From positions 32,368 to 96,367 of the forward strand of contig CAWEDS010000001.1 of the NCBI GenBank assembly GCA_963807845.1: a stretch of 64,000 nt of DNA, in the 5' to 3' direction. The notes beneath the pieces were generated by a model, which worked only from the letters and a program-made list of their open reading frames with translations, was not told where the DNA came from and searched no databases. Positions 1-10,081 of this stretch are shown here, piece after piece (within the stretch, counting starts at the first letter, position 1; every line of letters begins with the position of its first letter). Made by a program: the position numbers and the translations under genes. Origin of the DNA: an uncultured Gammaproteobacteria bacterium. Its GTDB lineage: Bacteria; Pseudomonadota; Gammaproteobacteria; Steroidobacterales; Woeseiaceae.

Positions 1-429
1 GGCCTGTCCGCGGGCAGCGCGATTGCGCTGCAGGCGCGGCTGCCCGGTGTCGCGGTGCATCCGGTTGAGCCGCAGGATTTCGACGATACGGCGCGCTCGC
101 TCGAACGGGGTGAGCGTGTGCGGGTTGACGCCGGGGCGCGTTCCATTTGCGACGCGTTGCAGGCGCACACGCCGGGTCGCATGACGTTCGAGATCAATCG
201 AGCGGTTCTCGGCAAGGGCCTTTGTGTCAGCGACGACGAGGTGCGCGATGCGATGCGTTTCGCGTTTCGCCATTTGAAGCTGGTGGTCGAACCAGGCGGG
301 GCGGTTGCCCTGGCGGCGGTATTGAGCGGGAAAATTCCTACCGCGGGCAAAACGACGGCGATCGTACTGAGCGGCGGCAATGTGGACGCCGACCTGTTCG
401 CCGAGATTCAGAGAAACGCGTCAGGTTGA
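1..429 (+). CDS. PLP-dependent threonine/serine dehydratase-family enzyme, C-terminal fragment (5' end upstream of window)
   Basis: The frame is open from base 1 to the stop at 427-429. VHPVEPQDFDDTARSL ... LVVEPGGAVALAAVLSGK ... AIVLSGGNVD resembles the C-terminal domain of fold-type II PLP dehydratases/racemases. Confidence 0.7.
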   Translation, partial: GLSAGSAIALQARLPGVAVHPVEPQDFDDTARSLERGERVRVDAGARSICDALQAHTPGRMTFEINRAVLGKGLCVSDDEVRDAMRFAFRHLKLVVEPGGAVALAAVLSGKIPTAGKTTAIVLSGGNVDADLFAEIQRNASG

Positions 430-1194
430 GCCGAACTGTTGCCGCTGTGGCATCAGGATCGGCTGGCGCGGTGTTTGACGGTACGCGGCGATGGCAGCGG
501 TAGCTGCCGCTCTGCGCTCGGGCCAGGCATCCAGCCAGTCCACGATGCGGCTCACCTGCCGCACATCGTGCTTCACGCGCGAGGGCTGCAGGTCGCAAAT
601 CCCGAGGCCCTGTTCCGCGGCGTGCACAAAGTTCTGGCTGTCGCGCAATACACCAATGATCGGAATACCCAGTGAGTCGAGGAATCGCATGAGCTGACTG
701 AAGCTGCGAGTGTTTTTGCGCGTGCGATTCGCAACCACCGCCAGTTTGCGATCGCGACGGTCAACTTTCGCCACCAGCAGCAGGTCGGCAATACAGCGCG
801 ACGCCGCGTGTATGTCCATCGAGGACGGCAGCACCGGCACCAGGATGCTGGTTGCGTCGCGCGTGAGTTCGCGCAGGTCGTCATGGCTGACGGCGGCCGG
901 CGAATCGACGATCAGGTTGACGGACTCTTCCGGTACGCGCAGCTGCCAGCTGCGCGTTGCCTGCATCGTCTTCTTGAACGCGGCGATGCCGTGAATTTCC
1001 GGCGCGTCCACAGATCGACGCCCGAGCCAGGCCATGGAGGACCCCTGTGGATCAAAATCCATGATCGTTGGCAGCGTGCCGGCCTTCGCATAATAAGCGG
1101 CCAGGTTGGTCGCGAGCGTGGACTTGCCGCATCCCCCTTTCGGGTTGAGGATGACAATCTTGTTCAGCTTGTCGTGTCGCGCCCTTTGCAGCAT
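421..1194 (-). CDS. ParA/MinD-family P-loop ATPase (orphan; no ParB-like partner adjacent)
   Basis: 257-aa ORF with a deviant Walker A near the N-terminus (KIVILNPKGGCGKSTLATNLAAYYA) and an overall ParA/MinD layout. Confidence 0.8.
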   Translation of the reverse strand: MLQRARHDKLNKIVILNPKGGCGKSTLATNLAAYYAKAGTLPTIMDFDPQGSSMAWLGRRSVDAPEIHGIAAFKKTMQATRSWQLRVPEESVNLIVDSPAAVSHDDLRELTRDATSILVPVLPSSMDIHAASRCIADLLLVAKVDRRDRKLAVVANRTRKNTRSFSQLMRFLDSLGIPIIGVLRDSQNFVHAAEQGLGICDLQPSRVKHDVRQVSRIVDWLDAWPERRAAATAAIAAYRQTPRQPILMPQRQQFGST

Positions 1195-1367
1195 TGCGTG
1201 CTAACCCGTGATCCCGAGAATCCAATAGTGCCAGTTGCCGACTCGATTTCCACCCGGCAGTTCACATAATACCGGACAGCGGGCCCATAGGAAATCATTT
1301 AAATATCGGTGGCTTAGCGCGGGCTTCTCGCGCCATCTATAGGTTAAAGCCAGGAGTACGCCGGGTT

Positions 1368-1787
1368 TCAGGGGCTTGCGGGGTAGGTCTCGTGGCAGGG
1401 CAGCTCGCCGTTGTCGCATGACCACGACGCCTTCGAGTCCTGGTAGATGCGGCCCTGGGGCCGCATGCCCGGATCATTGTCCAGGGTGCCGGCAGGAATG
1501 ACGGCAATGCTCATATCGGGCGCCACACGCGGCATGAGGCTGCCGCAAACGGTGCAAAAGACGGTCGCAAAGCGCTTGGCATCGGGCACCTTGAAGTACT
1601 GCAGGAGTTCGTTGCCGGCGGGCCAGGCGACGCTTTTCGGCTTCATGAGCAGGTTGCTCGCGTGTCCGGTGCCGGTGGCTTTCCGGCAGCGGCTGCAATG
1701 GCAGTGCCAGAACTGGCCGATATCGCCGCTTATCTCGTAGCGCGTCGCGCCGCAAAGGCAGCTGCCCTTCAACGTAACTTCGCTCAT
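1368..1787 (-). CDS. GFA (glutathione-dependent formaldehyde-activating / CENP-V) family protein
   Basis: Uses the internal Met (MSEVTLKG...) of ORF 1368..2174. The Cys pattern CLCG ... HCHCSRC ... CTVCG is typical of the GFA family. The upstream part of the ORF is Arg/Ala-rich and overlaps the next gene. Start is +/- 1 codon. Confidence 0.75.
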   Translation of the reverse strand: MSEVTLKGSCLCGATRYEISGDIGQFWHCHCSRCRKATGTGHASNLLMKPKSVAWPAGNELLQYFKVPDAKRFATVFCTVCGSLMPRVAPDMSIAVIPAGTLDNDPGMRPQGRIYQDSKASWSCDNGELPCHETYPASP

Positions 1788-1903
1788 CGTCTCGACCTCG
1801 GGGATAGTCAGGAGAGTCATCATAGCGCACGGCGGCCACTTTTCGAATGAGATGCGATGCTGTGCTGTTGGCGGGGCGATGCGTTGACTGACGGCAACAC
1901 GGC

Positions 1904-2293
1904 TCAAGCGTGGTTGCGATGCGTTCGCAGGAACCCTTTGGCTTCGGCGAGCCACAGGCAGGTGTCGCACTGACAACCGTCGTAGTGGTCCTGGTCGCGC
2001 CGGGCAGCGGATCGCAAGTACTGCACGGCGGCCTCGAGCGCCCCCAGCAGTTCGGCGAGCTGGACCTCGGTGCACGGCGGTGTCGGTTGCGTTTGCAGCC
2101 ACCGGCAGGCCGTGCCGAAGTGACATGCGCTGCACTGGATGTCGTCGACATCGAAGCCGCCGCTGAGATGGCAATGTGTAAAGTCGACCTCACGTTCGAT
2201 GACCCAGCGCGGATACTCGAGCAACGTCACAACGTAGCCGGTGATCGTGCGTGCGTTTCTGCCCGTGGGCGTCGTCATGAACAGACCCCTCAT
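1904..2293 (-). CDS. hypothetical Cys/His-rich small protein
   Basis: 129-aa ORF (alternative Met at 2278) with clusters HCH, CSAC and CQCDTC. It is on the same strand as the GFA gene and directly upstream of it. No family recognised. Confidence 0.4.
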   Translation of the reverse strand: MRGLFMTTPTGRNARTITGYVVTLLEYPRWVIEREVDFTHCHLSGGFDVDDIQCSACHFGTACRWLQTQPTPPCTEVQLAELLGALEAAVQYLRSAARRDQDHYDGCQCDTCLWLAEAKGFLRTHRNHA

Positions 2294-2424
2294 GAAGTAG
2301 GTCAGTTCTGATTCGTGCGATCAGGGTCAGGCAATTCGCAATCTTACGTAGCCACATCGAACACGGTCGGCTGCAAAGGACACGCGCGCCCGCTGCGGCC
2401 GGTTACATAAGACTGTCGATGAAT

Positions 2425-2453
2425 CAAAAGTGTTGCTTGTAAACAACATTTTG
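2425..2453. promoter_or_regulatory. imperfect AT-rich palindrome upstream of the TonB-dependent receptor (candidate operator)
   Basis: caaaagtgttgcttgtaaacaacattttg has arms CAAAA(G)TGTTG / CAACATTTTG with one bulged base. It lies about 150 nt upstream of the start at 2606. Confidence 0.2.
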
Positions 2454-2605
2454 CGTACAGCTTCAGCATCAGTATTAGCCGTTATTTACAGAGCTGTGGC
2501 AATTTCGCATCATTTCCGTAGACAACAACGCTGCGGCCAGGCACTCGACTGGTAACGGCATTGGCAAAAAGGACTGACCGAATTTCCAGGAACAAGGGGT
2601 ACACA

Positions 2606-5600
2606 ATGAGAATCGACGAGATTCGCGCGGCTTTCGCGCGGAAATTTAACGTGTTCGCCGTCGTATTGGCGAGCTTCGGTCTACTGGTCGCGGCCGAGGT
2701 GTCTGCGCAGGACAACGACGATCAAATCAACGCCAAAGAAGGCGACGTCGAAGAGATCACCGTTACCGGTTCACGCCTCAAACGCGATACCTATTCGAGC
2801 ATCGCGCCATTGCAGGTGATTACCGGGCAAGTGTCTCGCGAGGTTGGCGCGATCGACCCGAGCACGATTTTGCAGGAGTCGACAGCAGCCGAGCGGCCTT
2901 CAGATCGATATGACCTATCAACGGGTTCGTACTCGACAACGGCCCGGAACCAGCACGGTCGACCTTCGTGGACTGGGTGCGGAACGCACGCTGGTCCTGA
3001 TCAATGGCCGACGTGCCGCTCCGTCGGGCGTGGAGGGCGCCCCCGTGTCGCCCGATCTCAATGTGATTCCGAGTTCGCTCGTGCAGCGGTACGAAATTCT
3101 GCTTGACGGCGCATCGTCGGTGTACGGTTCGGACGCCGTCGCGGGCGTCGCGAATATCATCCTGCGCAAGGATTTCGATGGCCTCGAGCTCGAAGCTCTA
3201 TTCGTCGATTCCCGACTATACGCGGCGGCGACCAAGTAATACGATCAGCGCGCGTCCTGGGGCTACAACGGCGACCGCGGCGTCATCGGATTCGGTGTCG
3301 ACTACTCCAAGCTCGAGCCGATCGATCGCGGCGACCGCCCCTGGTCGTCCGGCTGCGAGAGCTATTACGACGTCGATGAGAACGGACAGATTCGCACCGA
3401 GTTTATCGGCTACCAGTCGGACTACGGTATGAAAACGTCGCCGTGCCGCGTCGGTTTCGGCTCGCAGCGTGTATTCGACAATGAGGCGGGACTGTTTGGC
3501 TCGATCTACTACACGGAGGGCCAGACCAATACGGGCATACCCAATTTCTCCGAAGCAACGCTGTTCGACGCTGTGCTCGACATCAATGGTGACGGCGTTC
3601 CCGACGTCGATTTCACCGACTACTTCATCACGTCCCAGGAAGGTGTCGAACACCTGTTCCCGGAACAGGAGCGGCTCAGCTTCATGGCCTACGGCGAGTA
3701 CACGTTGGCCGGTGAATCGAACCTCACGCCTTACTTCGAGCTAAACTACAACGAGCGTGAGACTTTTGCTCGCAGCGCACCGGGCGGCACCTTCGCGGTC
3801 GATCCGCTCAATGTGCCCGGCAACAATCCGTATAACCCCTGCAACCCGGATGCGGCTGGCGGCGTTGACTGCGGCCTCGCCTGGGACAGCGTTATTACGG
3901 ATCCCGGTTTCATCGTGAATTTCCAGGACCGCTACGAGGGTCTTTGTGCGCAGTTCGGGTTCGGGCGAGCCGATTGCACGCCGCCGCTGTTCGGCATTTT
4001 TCCCGGCGGCCCGGTGGGTCCCATTTCGCTGGAGCCGCAGGTTTCGGTTCGCGGCGACAGGGATAACGTAAGGTCAGACGTCAACCAGCTGCGCGTCGTC
4101 GGCGGAATCAAGGGCGACCTGCCCATGGTGGATTTCGGCACGGTCGACAACTGGTCATTTGACGCGGCTGTGGTCTACTCCGACTCGAGCGGTGATTCCG
4201 AACGCCGTGGCATCAATGAGGACAAGCTCCGCTACTCGTTCAACACCACCGTGCAGGATCCGGTTACCGGCGCGATTACCTGCGGCAACGGCTCGGATGG
4301 CTGCGTACCGGTCAATATGTTCTCGCCGACGCTGTACCAGAATCTGTCTCGTAACGACTTTGCGACGCAGGCCGAACGCGATTACGTCTTCGACGTGCGT
4401 TCGTTCGACACCAAGTACGAACAGACGCTGGCCACCCTCATGTTTACCGGTGACATCCTCGAGATGCCCGCGGGCAAGGTCGCTGCGGCATTCGGCTATG
4501 AGTTCCGCAACGACGAAATCAAGTCCATCCCGAACGATGTTGCGCGCGAGGGTCAGCTGCTTGGCTTTTTCAAGGATCTTGGCGCTACCGGTTCGAAGGA
4601 CACGAAGGAGTGGTTTGCCGAGGTCGAGGTGCCGATTCTGGCCAACGTCCCGGCGGCCCAGGAGCTGACCGTGAATCTCTCGACCCGGCATACGGACGAC
4701 GAATTCTACGGTGGTGCCTGGACCTACTCGGCCAAGCTGGGATGGCGCCCGGTCGACTCGCTCTTTATCAAGGGCAGTGTCGGCACCTCCTATCGCGCGC
4801 CGAATCTGCGAGAGAACTTCCTGCTGGGTACCAGCGGCTTCCGTGGACTGTTTGATCCTTGCGTAACGCCCGAGAGCGCGATCGGACTGGATCCGAATAA
4901 TCCGAATGGCTTTGTCTATGATCCGACCGGCGAAACGCGTACACAGACCGTCCTCGACAACTGCGCGCGGGCCGGGATCGACCCGACGGATCTCGGCATT
5001 ACGACGGGCGGTCAGTCGATTGACGTCTACTCGGTCGAAGTGCTGCGCGGTGTGGGTCAAACAGACCTTCGTGAGGAAAAATCGGACTCGTTTACAGCCG
5101 GGTTTGCCTGGGACCAGCCGTTTTTCGAAGCATTTGACCTGACGCTGGGTGCTACCTACTACGAGATTGATGTTCGTGACGAGATCATCTCCCTGTTCTC
5201 ACAGTTCAGCATCGATGCCTGTTATGACGATGCCGAACTCGACAGCCCCTACTGCCGCAATGTCAGCCGAAACCTGGCGGGCGATGGCCTGATCAACGGC
5301 GTTGACGAGTCGTTCCTTAACAGGGACAAACTCAAGACGCGTGGTGTCGACATCAACCTCGCGGTCGACTGGCCGACACAGATGTTTGGCAAGGCGGTCG
5401 ACCTGAGCGCCGATCTGACCTTCAACCGTAAGCTCGAGTTCGGCGATATTTTCATCGACCCGATAAACGGCGACGTCAGCGTAGACAGCGATCTCGGCGA
5501 TTTCGGCTTTCCCGAGTGGGAAGGCCAGGGCGTATTCCGTGCGGATATCGGCGATTACCGCGCAACCTGGTCGACTCGCTACATCGGCTCTGTAGCAACA

Positions 5601-5915
5601 GACCCCGATATTCGCGCCGCGAACGACTTTGACAACTGGCTCGAGGGTGCAGGGCAGACCTGTCTCGGTCCGCTGGCGGGTGATGTCAACTGCCGACCGG
5701 TGGGCGAGGCGGACAATTACTTCCGTCATGACGTGTCCTTCTATTTCCGGGGGGACGTCTGGACCTTTGGTGTCGGCGCTCGCAACGTGACAAACGAGGC
5801 TCCGCCGAAAGTCGATTCGCGCGTCGTGTTCTCCGCGTTCAATACGCCGTTCGGCGCGGGTTACGATGTCAATGGCCGCTCCTACTTTGTGAACGTTGCG
5901 GCGAGATTCCAGTAA
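2606..5915 (+). pseudogene. TonB-dependent receptor, frame-interrupted as assembled
   Basis: Signal peptide MRIDEIRAAFARKFNVFAVVLASFGLLVAAEVSAQ. Plug motifs EEITVTGSR, VDLRGLGAERTLVLINGRR and YGSDAVAGVANIILR. Long barrel ORF 3429..5915. Frame changes near 2885-2950 and 3190-3245, and an in-frame TAA at 3237-3239. Confidence 0.85.
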
Positions 5916-5944
5916 GCATCGTTACAGAGCTTTGTTAGAATAGA

Positions 5945-5980
5945 CAGCTCGCGGGAGAAATTCCGCGGGCTGTTTTTTTT
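5945..5980 (+). terminator. rho-independent terminator after the receptor gene
   Basis: Stem cagctcgcgg / ccgcgggctg (1 mismatch), 8-nt loop, followed by an 8-T run at 5973-5980. Confidence 0.7.
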
Positions 5981-6002
5981 AGGACATTTGGGTTTGCTGA
6001 TC

Positions 6003-8021
6003 ATGAAACTTAAAAGACACCTGTTTATTTTTTGTTCGCTGCTTTCTTTTGGGGGCGTCTCGTCTGTGTTGGCGGACACGGCGGTCGAGCCGTATCCCCT
6101 CGAATACTTCGCGCTGCGAGAGGTCGTGTCCAACGTTGAGGTGTCACCGGACGGCAAGCACGTCGCCATGCTGAAGATTCTGAGTCGCGCAGGTGACCCC
6201 GTGTTGCATGTTCATGACACGTCGGATCTTGACAAGGACCCGCTGGTCGTCAATGCGGACCCAATGGAAATTCGCAGTTACGGTTGGGTCAGCGATACCG
6301 ACATCGTGCTGGTGCTGCGGCAGAAAGTCAGGGACAAGATCGACGGCCAGAACGAGGGCATTTATCGTTTCAAGATTGCGCTGCTGGATACCCGAAAAAA
6401 GAAGTTCGAGGATTTTGACGTTGGTTTTCCGCAAATCGAGAATGTGCTGCCGAAGGAACGCAACCGCATCATCATCTCAACCATTCCAGGCACCGAGGAC
6501 AAGCTCAGGGTCGCCGAGGCCTTCAGGCCCCGGGCCTATTACAAGCTGAACCTGAAGACCGGTGCCAAGGAGCTGCTGATTCAGGGTAAGCTGGACCTTG
6601 GCCAGATCGAATTCGATGCGGACGGCGATCCCTGGCTGGCGCGCGGCTTCGATCTCGGCAAGCAGGAATACGTCTGGTATTACCGCGAGAAAGGCGGCAA
6701 AGGCTGGGACGAAATATTCCGACTCCACGAGGACAAGTTTGAAAGTTTTGCGGTCTACGGCAAAGACGATGCCGTGCCGGGCAATGTCATCGTTGGCTAC
6801 CAGAACGGTCACGACATCGCAGGGCTATGGTCTTTCAATACGAAGACCCGGAACTTCGACGAGTTGCTCTACAGGCGCTCCGATGTCGATATCACCGGTG
6901 TGCGAATGCACAGCAATACCTGGACTTATCCGGACCGAATTACAGCAGTTGCGTACTCGAAGGACAAGCCGCGTTTCGAATACTTTGACGAAGTTGAAGG
7001 TGCCACCTACGCGCAGCTTGAGAAGCTCATCCCTTACTCGCATTATATTCGAATAACGTCGCGTTCCCGCGACGGCAATACGATGACCATCATGAACACG
7101 GGGCCGCGCGATCCCGGGACTTACTACCTTTACAAGGATGGCGTGTTCAAGACGCTGGGCAGCCAGCAGCCGCTGATCGAGAGTGAGAAACTCGCGGACA
7201 TGCGCTACATCGAATACGAGGCGCGGGATGGTCGAAAGATTCCCGGATACCTGACCATTCCGCACGGCGAGGGGCCCTTCCCGCTGGTCGTGTTGCCACA
7301 CGGCGGCCCGTTTGTTCGCGAGACCGTAGTCTACGACGAGTGGTCGCAGATGCTCGCGAACAACGGTTACATGGTGTTGCAGCCACAGTACCGGGGTTCC
7401 AGGGGCTACGGTCTCGAGCATTACCTGAGCGCCTGGCAGGACGGCAGCGAAGCCGGCTACAAGATGCAGGACGACAAGGACGATGGCGCGCTGTACCTGA
7501 TCGAAGAGGGCCTGGTCGATGCGGATCGGGTTGCTATGTTCGGCTGGTCCTACGGCGGCTACGCAGCGCTGGTTGCCGCCTCACGCGAGCCGCAGATTTA
7601 CCAGTGCGTTGTCGCCGGTGCTGCGGTGACCGACATGGTCAAGCAGGTGAACACGATCGCCAATGAAGCCTGGTACCGAGGTGCCGGCGAGTTGGAGCAG
7701 AATTCGTATCGCAACGGCGCGATCAATCCTGTCGATGTCGCGGAAAAGGCCAACGTGCCCATCCTGATGGTGCATGGCACGGTCGACCAGCGCGTGCAGC
7801 CGGTGCAGGCGAAGATCTATCTCAAAAAACTTGAAAAGCACAACAAGCCGCACAAGACGGTGTGGCTCGAAGGTGCGGATCACTTCTACGACACGCTGTT
7901 CTATGAGCACCAGATTACGCTCTACGAGTCGATGATCGACTTCCTGGCGAACGACTGCGGGTATGAAGCCGGAGCTGAGGGCGAGCGCGGCAGAGTAGGG
8001 CAGCATTGGGGACATTCTTAA
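6003..8021 (+). CDS. S9-family serine peptidase (prolyl oligopeptidase / dipeptidyl aminopeptidase-like), secreted
   Basis: Intact ORF with signal peptide MKLKRHLFIFCSLLSFGGVSSVLA, an N-terminal propeller-like region and a C-terminal alpha/beta hydrolase with nucleophile elbow GWSYGGY, plus MVHGTVDQRV and GADH. Confidence 0.85.
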   Translation: MKLKRHLFIFCSLLSFGGVSSVLADTAVEPYPLEYFALREVVSNVEVSPDGKHVAMLKILSRAGDPVLHVHDTSDLDKDPLVVNADPMEIRSYGWVSDTDIVLVLRQKVRDKIDGQNEGIYRFKIALLDTRKKKFEDFDVGFPQIENVLPKERNRIIISTIPGTEDKLRVAEAFRPRAYYKLNLKTGAKELLIQGKLDLGQIEFDADGDPWLARGFDLGKQEYVWYYREKGGKGWDEIFRLHEDKFESFAVYGKDDAVPGNVIVGYQNGHDIAGLWSFNTKTRNFDELLYRRSDVDITGVRMHSNTWTYPDRITAVAYSKDKPRFEYFDEVEGATYAQLEKLIPYSHYIRITSRSRDGNTMTIMNTGPRDPGTYYLYKDGVFKTLGSQQPLIESEKLADMRYIEYEARDGRKIPGYLTIPHGEGPFPLVVLPHGGPFVRETVVYDEWSQMLANNGYMVLQPQYRGSRGYGLEHYLSAWQDGSEAGYKMQDDKDDGALYLIEEGLVDADRVAMFGWSYGGYAALVAASREPQIYQCVVAGAAVTDMVKQVNTIANEAWYRGAGELEQNSYRNGAINPVDVAEKANVPILMVHGTVDQRVQPVQAKIYLKKLEKHNKPHKTVWLEGADHFYDTLFYEHQITLYESMIDFLANDCGYEAGAEGERGRVGQHWGHS

Positions 8022-8071
8022 TTAATCAGATTGTTGCTTCACGCAACAATCTGATTAATCAAGAATGTCCC
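8009..8071. terminator. 29-bp inverted repeat with 5-nt loop; probable bidirectional terminator between convergent genes
   Basis: Arms 8009-8037 and 8043-8071 (gggacattcttaattaatcagattgttgc / gcaacaatctgattaatcaagaatgtccc) with 1 mismatch. The repeat is AT-rich in a GC-rich context. It overlaps the last codons of the peptidase and ends 1 nt before the ilvI stop. Confidence 0.6.
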
Positions 8072-9922
8072 TTAAAACATCTCGCTCGGGCCCGGTGCCT
8101 CGTCGCTCGGTTTTTCGCGGCTCTTGATGTAGTCGCCGGTGATCATCTTGTCGTAGCTCAGACCCGGGCCGACCATCGGATAGACGCCGGCGTCGCGGTC
8201 GATGATGACCTCGAGAAAGGCAGGGCCCTTGAACTCCATGAAATCCTTGATGATGGCCGGCAGGTCCGCCTTCTTGTCCAGCCGTTTGGCAAACTTGAAG
8301 CCGTCGGCTTCGGCCGCCTTGACGAAGTCCTTGTGGTGCAGTGATTTGTCGCTGCCTGACATGCGGCCTTCGAAATACAGCTTTTGCCACTGCCGCACCA
8401 TGCCGTCGCCGAAGTTGTTCAGCACGATCACTTTGATCGGCAGATTGTAGGTGGTCGCGGTTTCGAGTTCGCCGATGTTCATGCGGATGCTGCCGTCGCC
8501 GTCGATGTCGATCACGGTGCGGTCGGGACGCGCGAACTGGGCGCCGATGGCGGCCGGCAACCCGAAACCCATCGTGCCCATGCTGCCGGACGTCAGCCAC
8601 AGCCGCGGTTCGCGAAAATCGAAATACTGTGCGGCCCACATCTGGTGCTGGCCGACGCCGGTCGAGATGATCGCCTCGCCCTTCGCGTGCTTGTTGATTT
8701 CCTCGATGACGGCGTAGGGCTGAATCAGCTCGGAGTCGCGATCGTAATTCAGCGCATGTTCTTTCTTCAGCGCGGCGATTTCCTCGTGCCACTTGTCGAA
8801 CGTTTTTGCGAAACGAATGCGACGGCCGTAGGCCAGCATGTCCGTGAGATCGCGTTCCAGCACGCCGACGTGATGCCAGTTGACGCGCTTTACCTTGCCG
8901 ATTTCGGCGAAGTCGACGTCGAAATGCGCAATGTTCTTGGCGTTCGGTGCGAACTGGCCGGGGTTGCCGGCGACGCGGTCGTCGAAACGCGCGCCGATCG
9001 CGATCAGGAAATCGCAGTCCTCGACCGCGTAGTTGGCTGATGCGATGCCGTGCATGCCCAGCATGTGCAGCGCCAGCGGATGCGTCGTGTCGCTCGCGCC
9101 CAGCGCCATCAGCGTCGTCGTCACCGGAATGCCGTACTCGTTGGCGAGTCGGCGCATCGCCTTGGTCGCATTGCCGTTGATGACGCCGCCACCGGCGTAG
9201 ATCAGCGGCCGGTTGGATTCCGACAGCATCGTGAAAAATCGTTCGCTGGCCGCGTCGCTGAGGATATTCTCCTCGACCTTCGCGAGGCGCCGGCGGTAGC
9301 CGTGCAGCGGCAAGGCGCCGTGCCCCTTGAACTCGACCTGCCAGTTCTGAACATCCTTCGGGATATCGATGACGACCGGGCCGGGCCGTCCGGTGCGTGC
9401 CAGTTCGAAGGCGCTGCGGACGGTATCCTCGAGCAGCGCCGCATCGGTGACGAGGAAGACGTGCTTTGCGACCGCGCCCATGATGGCGGAGACCGGCGCT
9501 TCCTGGAACGCATCGGTGCCGATCGCCGCCAGGGGCACCTGGCCGCAGATGACGACCATGGGCACCGAATCGGCCATGCTGTCGCGCACCGGCGTGACCG
9601 TGTTGGTGGCGCCGGGACCGGAGGTCACCATGACCACGCCGACTTTGCCGCTCGCCCGCGCGTAGCCGGCCGCCATGAAAGCGGCGCCCTGCTCATTGGC
9701 CGGCACGATCAGCGGCATGGACGAGCTGCCATCGGCCCGCTTGTGGCCGTCGTTGTAGCGAAACACGGCATCGTAGATCGGCAGAATGGCGCCGCCGCTG
9801 TAGCCGAATATCGTGTCGACACCTTCGTCCGCAAGCACCTGGACGACGGTATCTGCGCCGCTCAATGACTGTCCGGCCAGCGAATGCTCATCGCTCGCCG
9901 CGGTATTTGCCTGATCGCTCAT
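8072..9922 (-). CDS. ilvI: acetolactate (acetohydroxy-acid) synthase large catalytic subunit (ilvI/ilvB type)
   Basis: Intact 616-aa ORF with GYSGGAILP, MVTSGPGATN, QHQMWAAQ, GSMGTMGFGLPAAIGA and the ThDP motif DGDGS...VLNN. Confidence 0.9.
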   Translation of the reverse strand: MSDQANTAASDEHSLAGQSLSGADTVVQVLADEGVDTIFGYSGGAILPIYDAVFRYNDGHKRADGSSSMPLIVPANEQGAAFMAAGYARASGKVGVVMVTSGPGATNTVTPVRDSMADSVPMVVICGQVPLAAIGTDAFQEAPVSAIMGAVAKHVFLVTDAALLEDTVRSAFELARTGRPGPVVIDIPKDVQNWQVEFKGHGALPLHGYRRRLAKVEENILSDAASERFFTMLSESNRPLIYAGGGVINGNATKAMRRLANEYGIPVTTTLMALGASDTTHPLALHMLGMHGIASANYAVEDCDFLIAIGARFDDRVAGNPGQFAPNAKNIAHFDVDFAEIGKVKRVNWHHVGVLERDLTDMLAYGRRIRFAKTFDKWHEEIAALKKEHALNYDRDSELIQPYAVIEEINKHAKGEAIISTGVGQHQMWAAQYFDFREPRLWLTSGSMGTMGFGLPAAIGAQFARPDRTVIDIDGDGSIRMNIGELETATTYNLPIKVIVLNNFGDGMVRQWQKLYFEGRMSGSDKSLHHKDFVKAAEADGFKFAKRLDKKADLPAIIKDFMEFKGPAFLEVIIDRDAGVYPMVGPGLSYDKMITGDYIKSREKPSDEAPGPSEMF

Positions 9923-10081
9923 CGTGTTGCCGGATAAACTCGTAAGTTACGGATTTTCCACGAGTGTTTACTAATTTGTGCGGCATTGCAATACTGCGGG
10001 TTGTGCACCACCCTTCGGTCGCGGACACGCGCCGATTGGTTTCAATTGTAATCCACCGCCCCTGCTGGCAACGAGTACCTT

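Noticed and set aside
421-1194. ParA-like ATPase as a marker of a plasmid or partition locus.
   Set aside because: No ParB-like gene, centromere-like repeat array or replication gene is nearby, and the flanking genes are ordinary chromosomal metabolism genes.
1788-2174. N-terminal 129-codon extension of the GFA-family ORF (ORF 1368..2174).
   Set aside because: The extension is Arg/Ala/Pro-rich and overlaps the Cys/His-rich ORF on the same strand. The GFA domain starts at the internal Met, so the shorter gene was called.
2294-2605. Possible cobalamin or other riboswitch in the 310-nt leader of the first TonB-dependent receptor.
   Set aside because: I could not find a B12-box-like element or any other conserved riboswitch core I know. 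Only an imperfect AT-rich palindrome is present, and it is listed as a weak operator candidate.
3237-3239. In-frame stop codons (TAA at 3237 in the receptor, TAG at 52739 before the Sel1 signal peptide) as possible recoding events.
   Set aside because: TAA is not a known recoding codon. No Sec or Pyl machinery or signal is seen. Around 3237 the homologous signal visibly shifts frames, so the stop is best explained by indels.
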